Source: Archangiaceae bacterium
GTDB taxonomy: Bacteria; Myxococcota; Myxococcia; Myxococcales; Myxococcaceae
DNA: 12,711 bases
Assembly: GCA_043750125.1 (NCBI GenBank)
Contig: JAYVCD010000048.1
Coordinates: forward strand, 1-12,711
Direction of reading: 5' to 3'
This document shows positions 1 through 7,819 of the stretch, in pieces. The notes under the pieces are model-generated. The model was not told the DNA's origin. It was given only the letters and a program-made list of their open reading frames with translations, and did not search any database. Position numbers and translations under genes: made by a program. Numbering within the stretch: the first letter of the stretch is position 1; each line of letters starts with the position of its first letter.

Positions 1-1503
1 ACGGGGCCTCAGCACGTCTTCGAGCTCGCGAACTCGCTGTACCGAGAGATGGTCGGCAACCGGGAGGTCGTAGGCAAGACGTACGCTGAGGCGTTTCCCG
101 AGCTCGTGGGCACGGCCCTCCCCGGCATCCTCGATCGCGTCTACCAAAGTGGAGAGTCCTTCGTGTCTCCCGAATCTCACGTCCGTTTGGATAGCAACGG
201 CGATGGAAATCTCGAGGACCACTTCTTCAGGTTCAGTCTCCACCCGCTCCGCGATACCGAAGCCCACGTCTACGGGATGATCGCGGCCGCGGTCGACATC
301 ACCGAGCAGGTCAACGCGCGTCGTGCCCTCGAGATCGCTTTGTCCGATCGCGAACGCCTTCTCCGGGAAGTCGAGGCAGGTCGAAAGCGCTTGCATGGTT
401 TGTTCGAGAATGCGCCGGCCTTCGTCTGCATTCTGCGCGGGCCCGACCACGTGTTCGAGTTGGTCAACCCGCTTTTCCAGCGTTTGGTGGGCAAGAACCG
501 GCCGCTCGTCGGCCTCCCCGCGAGGGACGGAATGCCCGAGATGGTCGATCAGGGCTTCATCGACCTCTTGGATGGCGTCTATCGAACAGGCGAGCCGTTC
601 ATCGGACGTGAGGCCCAGGTGCACCTCGATCTCCTCGGCGACGGCGTCCTGCAAGAAGCGTTCGTAACCTTCGTCTATCAACCCATGCGCAACGAGCAGG
701 GCCAAATCGAAGGCATTGATGTGTTCGGGTTCGAGGTCACCGACCACGTTCGTACTCGTCAGAAGGCCGAAGGGCTCGCCGAGAAACTGGGTCAACGAGC
801 CGACTTCGAGCAGCAGCTCATCGGAATCGTTTCTCACGATTTGCGCAACCCAATCAACGTCATCTGTCTGGGTGCGGCGAGCCTCCTGGGCCGCAAGGAG
901 TTCGACGAGCGAAGCACCAAAGTGATTACACGCATTCAGACGGCAGCGGACCGCGCTACGCGGATGATCCACGACCTTCTCGACTTCACGCAGGCGCGCC
1001 TGGGCAACTCGATTCACATCGAGCTCCGTCGGGCACGATTCCACGCCGTGACGCGCGATGTCCTCGACGAGGTCGAAGCGAGTTATCCCGACCGCAATCT
1101 GCGGGTTCAGTCGAGCGGCGATGGGGACGGCGAGTGGGACCCCGATCGCATCGCGCAGGTGGTGCAGAACCTCGTCACCAATGCACTCATGTACAGCCCC
1201 GTGGGGTCGCCCATCGACATCGAGACACGCGGAGAGGACGGCGTCGTGATCCTCACGGTACACAACCAAGGATCGCCGATTCTCCCCGACGCGCTCGGTC
1301 GACTCTTCGAGCCGATGACGCGCGGCACGTCAGAGCCCGACTCCGCCAGTCGCAGCATCGGCCTCGGCCTCTACATTGTGAGGCAAATCGTTAATGCACA
1401 CCAAGGCACCATCGAAGTGGAATCGAACGCGTCGGCCGGTACCACGTTCACGGTGCGTTTTCCGAAGCGCGCAGCGGCCAGCAACGTGGTACCGAGTCGT
1501 TGA
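1..1503 (+). CDS. PAS-domain sensor histidine kinase (HisKA + HATPase_c), 5'-truncated by the window edge
   Basis: The frame is open from base 1 (TGPQHVFELANSLYREM...), so ATG 49 is internal. Two similar PAS_4-like repeats (GPQHVFELAN...LDRVYQSGESF and GPDHVFELVN...LDGVYRTGEPF), H-box SHDLRNPI, N-box QNLVTNAL, G1 HNQGSPI, F-box LFEPM, G2 SIGLGLYIV, and C-terminal GTTFTVRFP. Confidence 0.95.
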   Translation, partial: TGPQHVFELANSLYREMVGNREVVGKTYAEAFPELVGTALPGILDRVYQSGESFVSPESHVRLDSNGDGNLEDHFFRFSLHPLRDTEAHVYGMIAAAVDITEQVNARRALEIALSDRERLLREVEAGRKRLHGLFENAPAFVCILRGPDHVFELVNPLFQRLVGKNRPLVGLPARDGMPEMVDQGFIDLLDGVYRTGEPFIGREAQVHLDLLGDGVLQEAFVTFVYQPMRNEQGQIEGIDVFGFEVTDHVRTRQKAEGLAEKLGQRADFEQQLIGIVSHDLRNPINVICLGAASLLGRKEFDERSTKVITRIQTAADRATRMIHDLLDFTQARLGNSIHIELRRARFHAVTRDVLDEVEASYPDRNLRVQSSGDGDGEWDPDRIAQVVQNLVTNALMYSPVGSPIDIETRGEDGVVILTVHNQGSPILPDALGRLFEPMTRGTSEPDSASRSIGLGLYIVRQIVNAHQGTIEVESNASAGTTFTVRFPKRAAASNVVPSR

Positions 1504-1572
1504 GCCGTTGAGCGCCGGCTTCTTCAGGCGGTAGTCGAGCTTCCCATCTTCGCGGCGGGTGAGGCGGTCGAG
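1495..1572 (-). mobile_element. Possible degenerate fragment of an IS91-family (Y2/HUH) transposase
   Basis: The minus frame reads LDRLTRREDGKLDYRLKKPALNGSTT. This resembles, from memory, the 'ERLS..DG.L.YRLK.PW.DG.T' segment of IS91-like transposases. It has no start codon and only about 26 codons. Confidence 0.45.
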
Positions 1573-1670
1573 AGGCGGTGCAGCAGCGGCGGCTCGCGAT
1601 CGGTCAACATCTGGGCCAGCGCCGAGGTGGACCCCAACAAAAACAGCACCACCCCAAGGCGTGTTCGCAT
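1524..1670 (-). pseudogene. Truncated 5' remnant of a secreted-protein gene (48-aa ORF)
   Basis: ATG at 1670 gives MRTRLGVVLFLLGSTSALA|QMLTDREPPLLHRLSTASPAAKMGSSTTA*. This is a canonical Sec signal peptide (basic N-terminus, hydrophobic core, ALA cleavage site) followed by an early TGA. It is below the ORF-track size cut-off. Confidence 0.45.
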
Positions 1671-1731
1671 GGGGCGGCTAAGTAGCCTGCCGGGGCTGCG
1701 CGGGTAGGGAAGATGCGCTTAGGCTGGGTCG

Positions 1732-2085
1732 ATGATGCTCAGCCTCGCAGTCGCGATCGTCCTCTCGCAGTCTTCGGTCAAGAAGGTCGAAATCATTCGG
1801 GGGCATCCTTCCAAGCGCACGACCCGGACCGAAACGTCTGCTTCGGCCGCGCCCACCCCGGGGCCGAGCGCAGAGCAGCAGGCGCGAGAGCAGCAGCTGC
1901 AGGCCAGGGCAGCCGAGCTCGACCAGAAATCCGACGCGCTCGCCGAGAAGGACGCGGCGTACGAGGCCAAAAAAGAGGCCGACGCGCAGGCGCTGGCGGC
2001 GCGGCAGAAGATCGTCGAGAAACACGCCCGCGACCTGCAGATTCAGTACGAGAAAGCCGCCAACGCGCTGGCCGGCGAAGAGTGA
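1732..2085 (+). CDS. Small secreted/periplasmic coiled-coil hypothetical protein (117 aa)
   Basis: Hydrophobic N-terminus MMLSLAVAIVLSQ, a Thr/Pro linker, then an A/E/K/Q-rich helical stretch. Codons mostly end in G/C. TAGGCT lies 6 nt before the ATG. Confidence 0.8.
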   Translation: MMLSLAVAIVLSQSSVKKVEIIRGHPSKRTTRTETSASAAPTPGPSAEQQAREQQLQARAAELDQKSDALAEKDAAYEAKKEADAQALAARQKIVEKHARDLQIQYEKAANALAGEE

Positions 2086-2114
2086 AGTGACTTGAAGTAG
2101 GGTCGCCCGACCCG

Positions 2115-5100
2115 ATGGATGCCTCGATTCCTGGTCCGCCTGATGAGTTCACGGGCACCCGCCGGTACACCCCGACCCGGGTTCTCGGAGCGGGCAGCTG
2201 GGGCCGCGTCTACCAGGCGTACGACAACGAACGAAACGCGTTCGTCGCGGTCAAGCTGCTGAGCAAGTTCAGCCCCGATGCGCTGCTGCGCTTCAAGCGG
2301 GAATTCCGCGCCCTGCAGCACGTGACCCACCCGAACCTGGTGACGCTCTACGAGCTGTTGTCGGATGCCGATCGCTGGTTTTTCACGATGGAGCACGTCG
2401 ATGGAAAGACCTTCCTCGAATATGTGCTCGGCGATGGCAGCGAGGGTGACGAAGACCCTTCGTCGATCAGTGACAGCACCGGAACTCGGGGGCCTGCGAC
2501 CGTGAACATGCGCGTCGGCGATGAGACCCAGAGCTCGGCGATTCCCGCGGCCCTCGCGGCGGCCCTCGAGGCGCAGGTGCCGTTGGTGCCCCCGGCTCCG
2601 ATCAAGATGCGGGCCCCGCTGACCGGCGGCGCGGTGGTCCGGCTGCGACACGCGATGGGCCAACTGGTCGATGGAGTCTGCGCGCTGCACGCGGCCGGCA
2701 AGCTGCACCGCGACATCAAGCCGTCGAACGTCCTGGTCTCGAAGCAGGGAAGGGTGGTGCTGCTCGACTTCGGTCTGGTGCGCGAGCTCGATGAAGCCGA
2801 CGCCCACCAGTCGCAGGGGCTGGTGGTCGGGACCCCGGCGTACATGTCCCCCGAGCAGGCGATTGGGTTGCCGGTCAGAGAGTCGACCGATTGGTACTCG
2901 GTCGGAGTGCTGCTGTACGAGGTGCTCACCGGTCGGGTTCCTTTCGAGGGGAAGCCGGGCGAGATGATGCTCAAGCGCCGTGATTTTGCGGTGCAGAAAC
3001 CTTCCGACTTCACCCACCGGCTTCCCGAAGATCTCGAAGCGCTCTGCCTCGACCTGCTGTGCAGAGACCCAGACCAGCGGCCGACCGGAACCCAGCTGCA
3101 GCGACGGCTGGTGCGGCCCATCGGCCCGTTGGCCGCTCGCCCGCTGATCGAAAATGTCCACGCGCTGATTGGTCGCGACGGGCTGCTCGAGCAGCTGCGC
3201 GGCGCGTTTGGTCACGTGCTGAAGAAGGGCCAGGTCGCGCTGTCGTTGATCGAAGGGGAATCCGGGCTCGGAAAGAGCGCGCTGTTGAAGGCCTTTTTGC
3301 AGTCGATCGCGCGCAGCTGGCCCGATGCGGTCGTCCTCTCGGGGCGATGCGGCGAGACCGAGACGGTGCCGTTCAAGGCCTTCGACGGGGTGATCGACGA
3401 GCTGTGCGCTCACCTGGCTTCGCTGCCGGCCGCCCACGTCGATGCGGTGCTTCCCCGGGACTTCAACGCTCTGGTCCGGTTGTTTCCGGTGCTCAAGCGC
3501 CTCGACACCTTCATCGCCCCGCGCCGCCCGCTGGCCCAGAGCGCCGACGCGAAGGAAGTGCGCCGCAAGGGCTTTCGCGCTCTGGCCGAGCTGCTCGCAC
3601 GGCTGTCGGAACGCACGCCGGTGGTGATCGCGATCGATGATCTTCAGTGGGGAGATTCCGATTCGGCCTCGTTGCTCGAGGCGCTGCTGCAGCCTCCCGA
3701 TGCTCCCGCGGTTCACCTCGTCGCCGCCTGTCGCACCCTGGCCGAAGAAGCCGGGGCCTCGCCGATGTTGAAGGCATTCCTCGATGCCTCTCATGCCGGC
3801 ACCGTGACCGGCCGCGCGCTGGTGCAGCGGCTGACCTGTTGGCCCCTGGAAAGCGCCGATGCCGAACGGCTCACCCTGCGCCTGCTGGGGGACGCCGCCG
3901 CCCAGGCGGACCTCGCCGCGATCGCCCGCGAGTCGCGCGGAAGTCCCTACCTGCTCGAAGCCCTGACTTCGATTGCCCGGGCCGGAGGCGAGGTGTCCTC
4001 GGCCACGCTCGAAGGTTGGGTCAAGGCCCGGGTCCTCGAGCTGCCCAGCCCCGCGCGCCGACTGCTCGAGGTCGTCGCGGTCGCGAACCGGCCGATTCCC
4101 CGGCTGGTCGCCTGGCATGCGGCCGCGCTGGACTCCGAAGTGACCGACCCTCTGGTGCCGCTGAAAGCCGCGCGCCTGCTCTCGGGAAGCGGCGCGGGCC
4201 AGAACGAGCAGCTGATGATCTACGACGCCCGCATCGGGCGGGCGGTGCGCGAGCAGCTCTCCGACCCCCGCCGCATCGAGCTGCTGCTTCAGCTCGCCTC
4301 GGCGCTCGAGTCGGCCGGGGGCGCCGACGCCGAGACGCTGTCCGACTGGTGGGAAGAGGCGGGCCAGCGCGAGCGGGCCGCGCGGGCCGCCACCGAGGCT
4401 GCGGCGCGGGCCACCGCGGTGCTCGCATTCGAGCGCGCGGTTCGGCTCTACGACAAGGCGATTTCTCTGGCCGCCCCCGCCGACCGGGCCCAGCTGCGGC
4501 AGGCCCGCGCCGACGCCCTGGCCGGAGCGGGCCGGGGAAAGGAAGCGTCCGACGCGTACCTCGAGCTGGCGCGCGCCGAGGTGATCACCCCGCTGGCCAC
4601 CGACCCCGAGCGCCGCGCCTGCGAGCGCCGCAGCCTCGAGCTGCGCCAGCGCGCGACCGAGCAGCTGCTCACCAGTGGGCGACTGGACGAAGGCATCGCG
4701 GTGCTCGACGGAGTGATGGCCGAGCTGGGCGAGAAAGCGCCGTCCAGCCCGTCGATGGCCAAGGCGAGCGCGATCTACGCGCGAATCAAAGTGAGGCTGC
4801 GCGGGCTTCGATTCACGCTGCGGCCCGAGAAAGACATCGACCCCGACCTGCTCGCGCGGGTCGATGCCTACTGGTCGGCGGCGAAGGGCTTCTCAATCGT
4901 CGACCCGGTGCGGGGCACCGGATACCAGTTCACCCACCTGCGGTTGGCGCTCGACAGCGGCGAGCCCTATCGCGTCGCCCGCGCGCTCGCTCTCGAGGCG
5001 GGGTACCACGCGCTGCAGGGCTCTTCGAACGAGAGGGAATGCCAGGAAGCGCTGAGCCAGCTGCGAACGCTGCTGACCCAACATCCGAACCCTCACGGCG

Positions 5101-5975
5101 ACGGTCTGGCGGCGTTGATGGCGGGCTGCGCGGCGATGGGCATCGGCCGCTTCACCGAGGCGCGCGTGCTCCACGAGCGGGCGGTAGCGGTCTTCCAGGA
5201 AAAGTGCCCCGGAATGACCTGGGAGCTGATCAGCTCGTCTCAGTACCTGGTGATGAGCCTCACCTACCTCGGAGAGTTTGCCGAAGTGCGGCGGTTGGTG
5301 CGGGACGTGCGCGAATCAGCGCTGGCCCGCAATGATGTTTACGCCCTGACCAACTTCCGGGTTCGCGCCACGCCCCTCATCTGCCTGATGGACGACCAGC
5401 CCGAGCAGGCCAGCCGCGAGGTGACCGACGCGCTCGCTCACTTCTCGCGCGGGGGGTACTTCATTCAGCACTTCTGGGGAATGCACGGACGGGTGCTGGC
5501 GGCGCTCTACGTCGGGGCCCACGCCTTGAGCCGCCAGCTGTTCGAGAGTGACGCGGCGGCGGTCAAGAAGTCGGGCCTGATGCGCGTTCAGCTCGTCCGT
5601 GTGCTCTGGGCCTGGCTCGATGGCACGACGGGCATCGCAGCGAAGAAACCCGACGCAGTGAAGAGGGCGATCAAGGCGCTCGAGCTCGAAGGCCTCGCCT
5701 GGAGCCGGGGCCTGGCGAGCATTCTCTTAGGGGTGGTCAGTGCCCAGAACGGAGAAATCGCGCGCGCCCAGTCGCTGCTGTCCACCGGAGCCGAGCAGGT
5801 CGACGCGGTCGGTGCCACCCTGTACGCGGCCGCTGCCCGCAGGTGCCGCGCCCAGCTGCTGTCGGCCGACGAAGGGCAGGTCGAGCGCGAGGCGGCCGAT
5901 GGCTGGTTTACCCAGCGCGCGGTCAAGAACCCCGGCCGCTTCGTCGCGGCGATCTTGCCCGGCTTCGACGGGTAG
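2115..5975 (+). CDS. Hanks-type Ser/Thr protein kinase fused to an AAA_16/STAND-like P-loop ATPase and a C-terminal TPR-like helical region (1286 aa)
   Basis: Kinase motifs LGAGSWGRVY, VAVK, REF, HPNLV, HRDIKPSN, DFG, GTPAYMSPEQ and DWYSVGVLLYE. Walker A GESGLGKS (3255-3278), Walker B IAIDDLQWGD, GSPYLLE (GxP) motif, then Ala/Arg/Leu-rich helical repeats. No obvious transmembrane segment. Confidence 0.95.
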   Translation: MDASIPGPPDEFTGTRRYTPTRVLGAGSWGRVYQAYDNERNAFVAVKLLSKFSPDALLRFKREFRALQHVTHPNLVTLYELLSDADRWFFTMEHVDGKTFLEYVLGDGSEGDEDPSSISDSTGTRGPATVNMRVGDETQSSAIPAALAAALEAQVPLVPPAPIKMRAPLTGGAVVRLRHAMGQLVDGVCALHAAGKLHRDIKPSNVLVSKQGRVVLLDFGLVRELDEADAHQSQGLVVGTPAYMSPEQAIGLPVRESTDWYSVGVLLYEVLTGRVPFEGKPGEMMLKRRDFAVQKPSDFTHRLPEDLEALCLDLLCRDPDQRPTGTQLQRRLVRPIGPLAARPLIENVHALIGRDGLLEQLRGAFGHVLKKGQVALSLIEGESGLGKSALLKAFLQSIARSWPDAVVLSGRCGETETVPFKAFDGVIDELCAHLASLPAAHVDAVLPRDFNALVRLFPVLKRLDTFIAPRRPLAQSADAKEVRRKGFRALAELLARLSERTPVVIAIDDLQWGDSDSASLLEALLQPPDAPAVHLVAACRTLAEEAGASPMLKAFLDASHAGTVTGRALVQRLTCWPLESADAERLTLRLLGDAAAQADLAAIARESRGSPYLLEALTSIARAGGEVSSATLEGWVKARVLELPSPARRLLEVVAVANRPIPRLVAWHAAALDSEVTDPLVPLKAARLLSGSGAGQNEQLMIYDARIGRAVREQLSDPRRIELLLQLASALESAGGADAETLSDWWEEAGQRERAARAATEAAARATAVLAFERAVRLYDKAISLAAPADRAQLRQARADALAGAGRGKEASDAYLELARAEVITPLATDPERRACERRSLELRQRATEQLLTSGRLDEGIAVLDGVMAELGEKAPSSPSMAKASAIYARIKVRLRGLRFTLRPEKDIDPDLLARVDAYWSAAKGFSIVDPVRGTGYQFTHLRLALDSGEPYRVARALALEAGYHALQGSSNERECQEALSQLRTLLTQHPNPHGDGLAALMAGCAAMGIGRFTEARVLHERAVAVFQEKCPGMTWELISSSQYLVMSLTYLGEFAEVRRLVRDVRESALARNDVYALTNFRVRATPLICLMDDQPEQASREVTDALAHFSRGGYFIQHFWGMHGRVLAALYVGAHALSRQLFESDAAAVKKSGLMRVQLVRVLWAWLDGTTGIAAKKPDAVKRAIKALELEGLAWSRGLASILLGVVSAQNGEIARAQSLLSTGAEQVDAVGATLYAAAARRCRAQLLSADEGQVEREAADGWFTQRAVKNPGRFVAAILPGFDG

Positions 5976-5985
5976 ATTGGTTTTT

Positions 5986-6795
5986 TCAGTCGTTGCTGAG
6001 GATCGCCCCGAGGATCGCACCGACCGCCGCCGCGCCGCTGACTCCGAACGCCACGTCGGCCGCCATCGCGTTCATCCGGGCCGCATCGCCCAGCTTGTAG
6101 AAATCAGACTCGTAGTGCGCGCCCCGGGCCTGAGATTCGAGCGAACGGCTGTTGCTGCCCAACCCGATTCCGACCCCGACCGCAATCACCGCCACCACCG
6201 AGAGCACCACCGGCACCGGCCTGCGCTGCAGCAGGTTGGGCCGATCGACTTCCGGAACGATCAGCGGCGGCGGGGGCGTCGGCGTCAATTTCGGCCTGGG
6301 CTTCAGCTCGACCCGCGGTGGGTCCTGCGGGGGAGCGGGCTCGTCGAGCCTCTCTTTTTCCTTCTCGACCTTCACCGGGGCCGATTCCTTCGGCATGTCG
6401 AGATCCTCTTCCGGCATCGGCGGCGGCGGGGCATGGAGCTTCCGCTTCACCCAGTGAAAGAAGTCGAGCAGCTTCGGGCTGGTGTACATCGGCAGCTCGG
6501 CGTCGGCGTTCATTCGCAGCGCGAGCCGGAAGCGCTCTTCGGCGTCCTGGCGCTGGTTCAGGTTGTAGTGGCACATCCCCGCGACGAGCTCGATTTCCAG
6601 CAGCTCGGGGGCATCGCTCTTCCACTGCGGCGCCTGGGCCAGCCGCTTGAGGCACTTTTCGAAGTCGAGCCGCTGGTACAGCTCTTTGGCCTGGCTCAAG
6701 TACGGGTTGGGGCCCTTGACGGGAGCCGGCACTCCGCTCGGAAGCGGCGGTTCGGCGCTCAGAATCAAAAGAGCCAGGGCCAGCACCACGTTCAA
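5986..6795 (-). CDS. Exported TPR-like protein with Pro-rich linker and two C-terminal hydrophobic Gly-rich helices (269 aa)
   Basis: The TTG start overlaps the upstream TGA (TTGA, 6792-6795). Signal peptide VVLALALLILSA, a TPR-like segment (YLSQAKELYQRLDFEKCL...AGMCHYNLNQRQDAEERFRLALRMN), Pro-rich linker, and hydrophobic segments VVLSVVAVIAVGVGIGLG and VAFGVSGAAAVGAILGAIL. Confidence 0.85.
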   Translation of the reverse strand: MNVVLALALLILSAEPPLPSGVPAPVKGPNPYLSQAKELYQRLDFEKCLKRLAQAPQWKSDAPELLEIELVAGMCHYNLNQRQDAEERFRLALRMNADAELPMYTSPKLLDFFHWVKRKLHAPPPPMPEEDLDMPKESAPVKVEKEKERLDEPAPPQDPPRVELKPRPKLTPTPPPPLIVPEVDRPNLLQRRPVPVVLSVVAVIAVGVGIGLGSNSRSLESQARGAHYESDFYKLGDAARMNAMAADVAFGVSGAAAVGAILGAILSND

Positions 6796-7736
6796 TCGCT
6801 CAGGACGACCGAGGGGTCGTCGGTGAGCTGCCAGTCGAACAGCGCGACGGACCAGCCCGCGTCGGCCGCGCCGTCGTAGCGAAGAATTCCCAGCCGCAGC
6901 TGATCTGGAATCTCGAGCATTCCCGCATCGCCCGACAAGTTGGTCACCTGCGCCACCTGGGTCCCGTTGATCCAGACCCGGCGGTAGGAATTGCGCTGCC
7001 AGGAGACTTCGACCAGGTAGTCCACGTTGGGCTGAAAGCCATTGGTCCAGGTGATGGTGTTGGTCAGCGCCGCCGGAGCGAGCATCCCCGCGGCGGTGTA
7101 GGTGATCAGCTGGCCCGAAGCGTTGAAGTACAGCTGGACCAGCGGCTTGCTGCTCCCGTTGGACAGGATGAGGAAGGTCGAGTTGTTGTTGATCTTGAGC
7201 GCCGAGGGAATCTGAAAACGTCCCCGGATGCGTCCGTTGCCGGTCTTCGGAAGTCGTCCGGCGTCGAACTGGTTGGCGGTCGCGCGATCATTGGTGTCGG
7301 TCGCGTTCTTGATGGTCGAGACCACCCGGTTTCCGCGCAGCGTATCGACCTCGAGCGTTGCGCTCCCGAGCACCGACATTCCGGTGAAGCCGTGAACGCT
7401 CTGCTTCCACAGCGGAGGCACGGCGATTCCACCGCCACCGCCCCCTCCTCCTCCTCCCCCGGCGGCCGTCCCTCCTCCGGTTCCGGACCCGCCTCCGGCG
7501 TTGTTTCCTCCTCCCAGGCCTCCGCCGCTGCCGGTCACTCCGCCCCCGGCCCCTCCGCCATCGCCTCCGCCGGCCCCGTCGGGCGTCCCCATCGGCACGC
7601 AGATTCCGGCGATGCATTCGCGCGGTTTGCGGCACCCGTGGGTGTCGTCGCAGGCGCGACCGTCGGCCTCGGGCAGGTCCACGCCACAGGTGCAAAGCGC
7701 AAGGAAAGCAGCTGTGAGGAAGAGCGCGCGGGACAC
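6792..7736 (-). CDS. Putative lipoprotein: Cys-rich N-terminal module, poly-Gly linker, beta-rich (ConA/LamG-like) C-terminal domain (314 aa)
   Basis: GTG start and signal peptide ending LALCTC (lipobox-like). Four-Cys module CDDTHGCRKPRECIAGIC, about 50 aa of Gly linker, then a beta-strand-rich domain (LVQLYFN, YLVEVSW, RVWINGTQV). The fold assignment is inferred. Confidence 0.85.
   Translation of the reverse strand: MSRALFLTAAFLALCTCGVDLPEADGRACDDTHGCRKPRECIAGICVPMGTPDGAGGGDGGGAGGGVTGSGGGLGGGNNAGGGSGTGGGTAAGGGGGGGGGGGIAVPPLWKQSVHGFTGMSVLGSATLEVDTLRGNRVVSTIKNATDTNDRATANQFDAGRLPKTGNGRIRGRFQIPSALKINNNSTFLILSNGSSKPLVQLYFNASGQLITYTAAGMLAPAALTNTITWTNGFQPNVDYLVEVSWQRNSYRRVWINGTQVAQVTNLSGDAGMLEIPDQLRLGILRYDGAADAGWSVALFDWQLTDDPSVVLSD
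7431..7580 (-). repeat. Low-complexity Gly-codon tract encoding a flexible linker
   Basis: The plus strand shows runs of cct/ccg/ccc, which translate on the minus strand to DGAGGGDGGGAGGGVTGSGGGLGGGNNAGGGSGTGGGTAAGGGGGGGGGG. Confidence 0.9.
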
Positions 7737-7819
7737 GGCGCCGCTGAAGCTACCAGTGTTGTTGGTTCCAAAGCTCCTGGAAGCCTTTCCTGCGGGGGCG
7801 GTTGCGTTAAAAGGCCCGC
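7737..7819. promoter_or_regulatory. Divergent promoter region
   Basis: Minus strand TG-G-TAGCTT (7755-7747) lies 10 nt before GTG 7736. Plus strand TAAAAG (7808-7813, an imperfect -10) lies 6 nt before GTG 7820. Confidence 0.45.

Noticed and set aside
2043-4118. 691-aa minus-strand ORF, and the 562-aa alternative-frame ORF at 3647-5335
   Set aside because: These are shadow frames of the GC-rich kinase gene. They show no recognisable motifs and have the biased composition typical of antisense or off-frame reading.
7431-7580. C-rich tract as a DNA tandem repeat or G-quadruplex element
   Set aside because: Fully explained by mixed Gly codons in a protein linker, with no fixed repeat unit.
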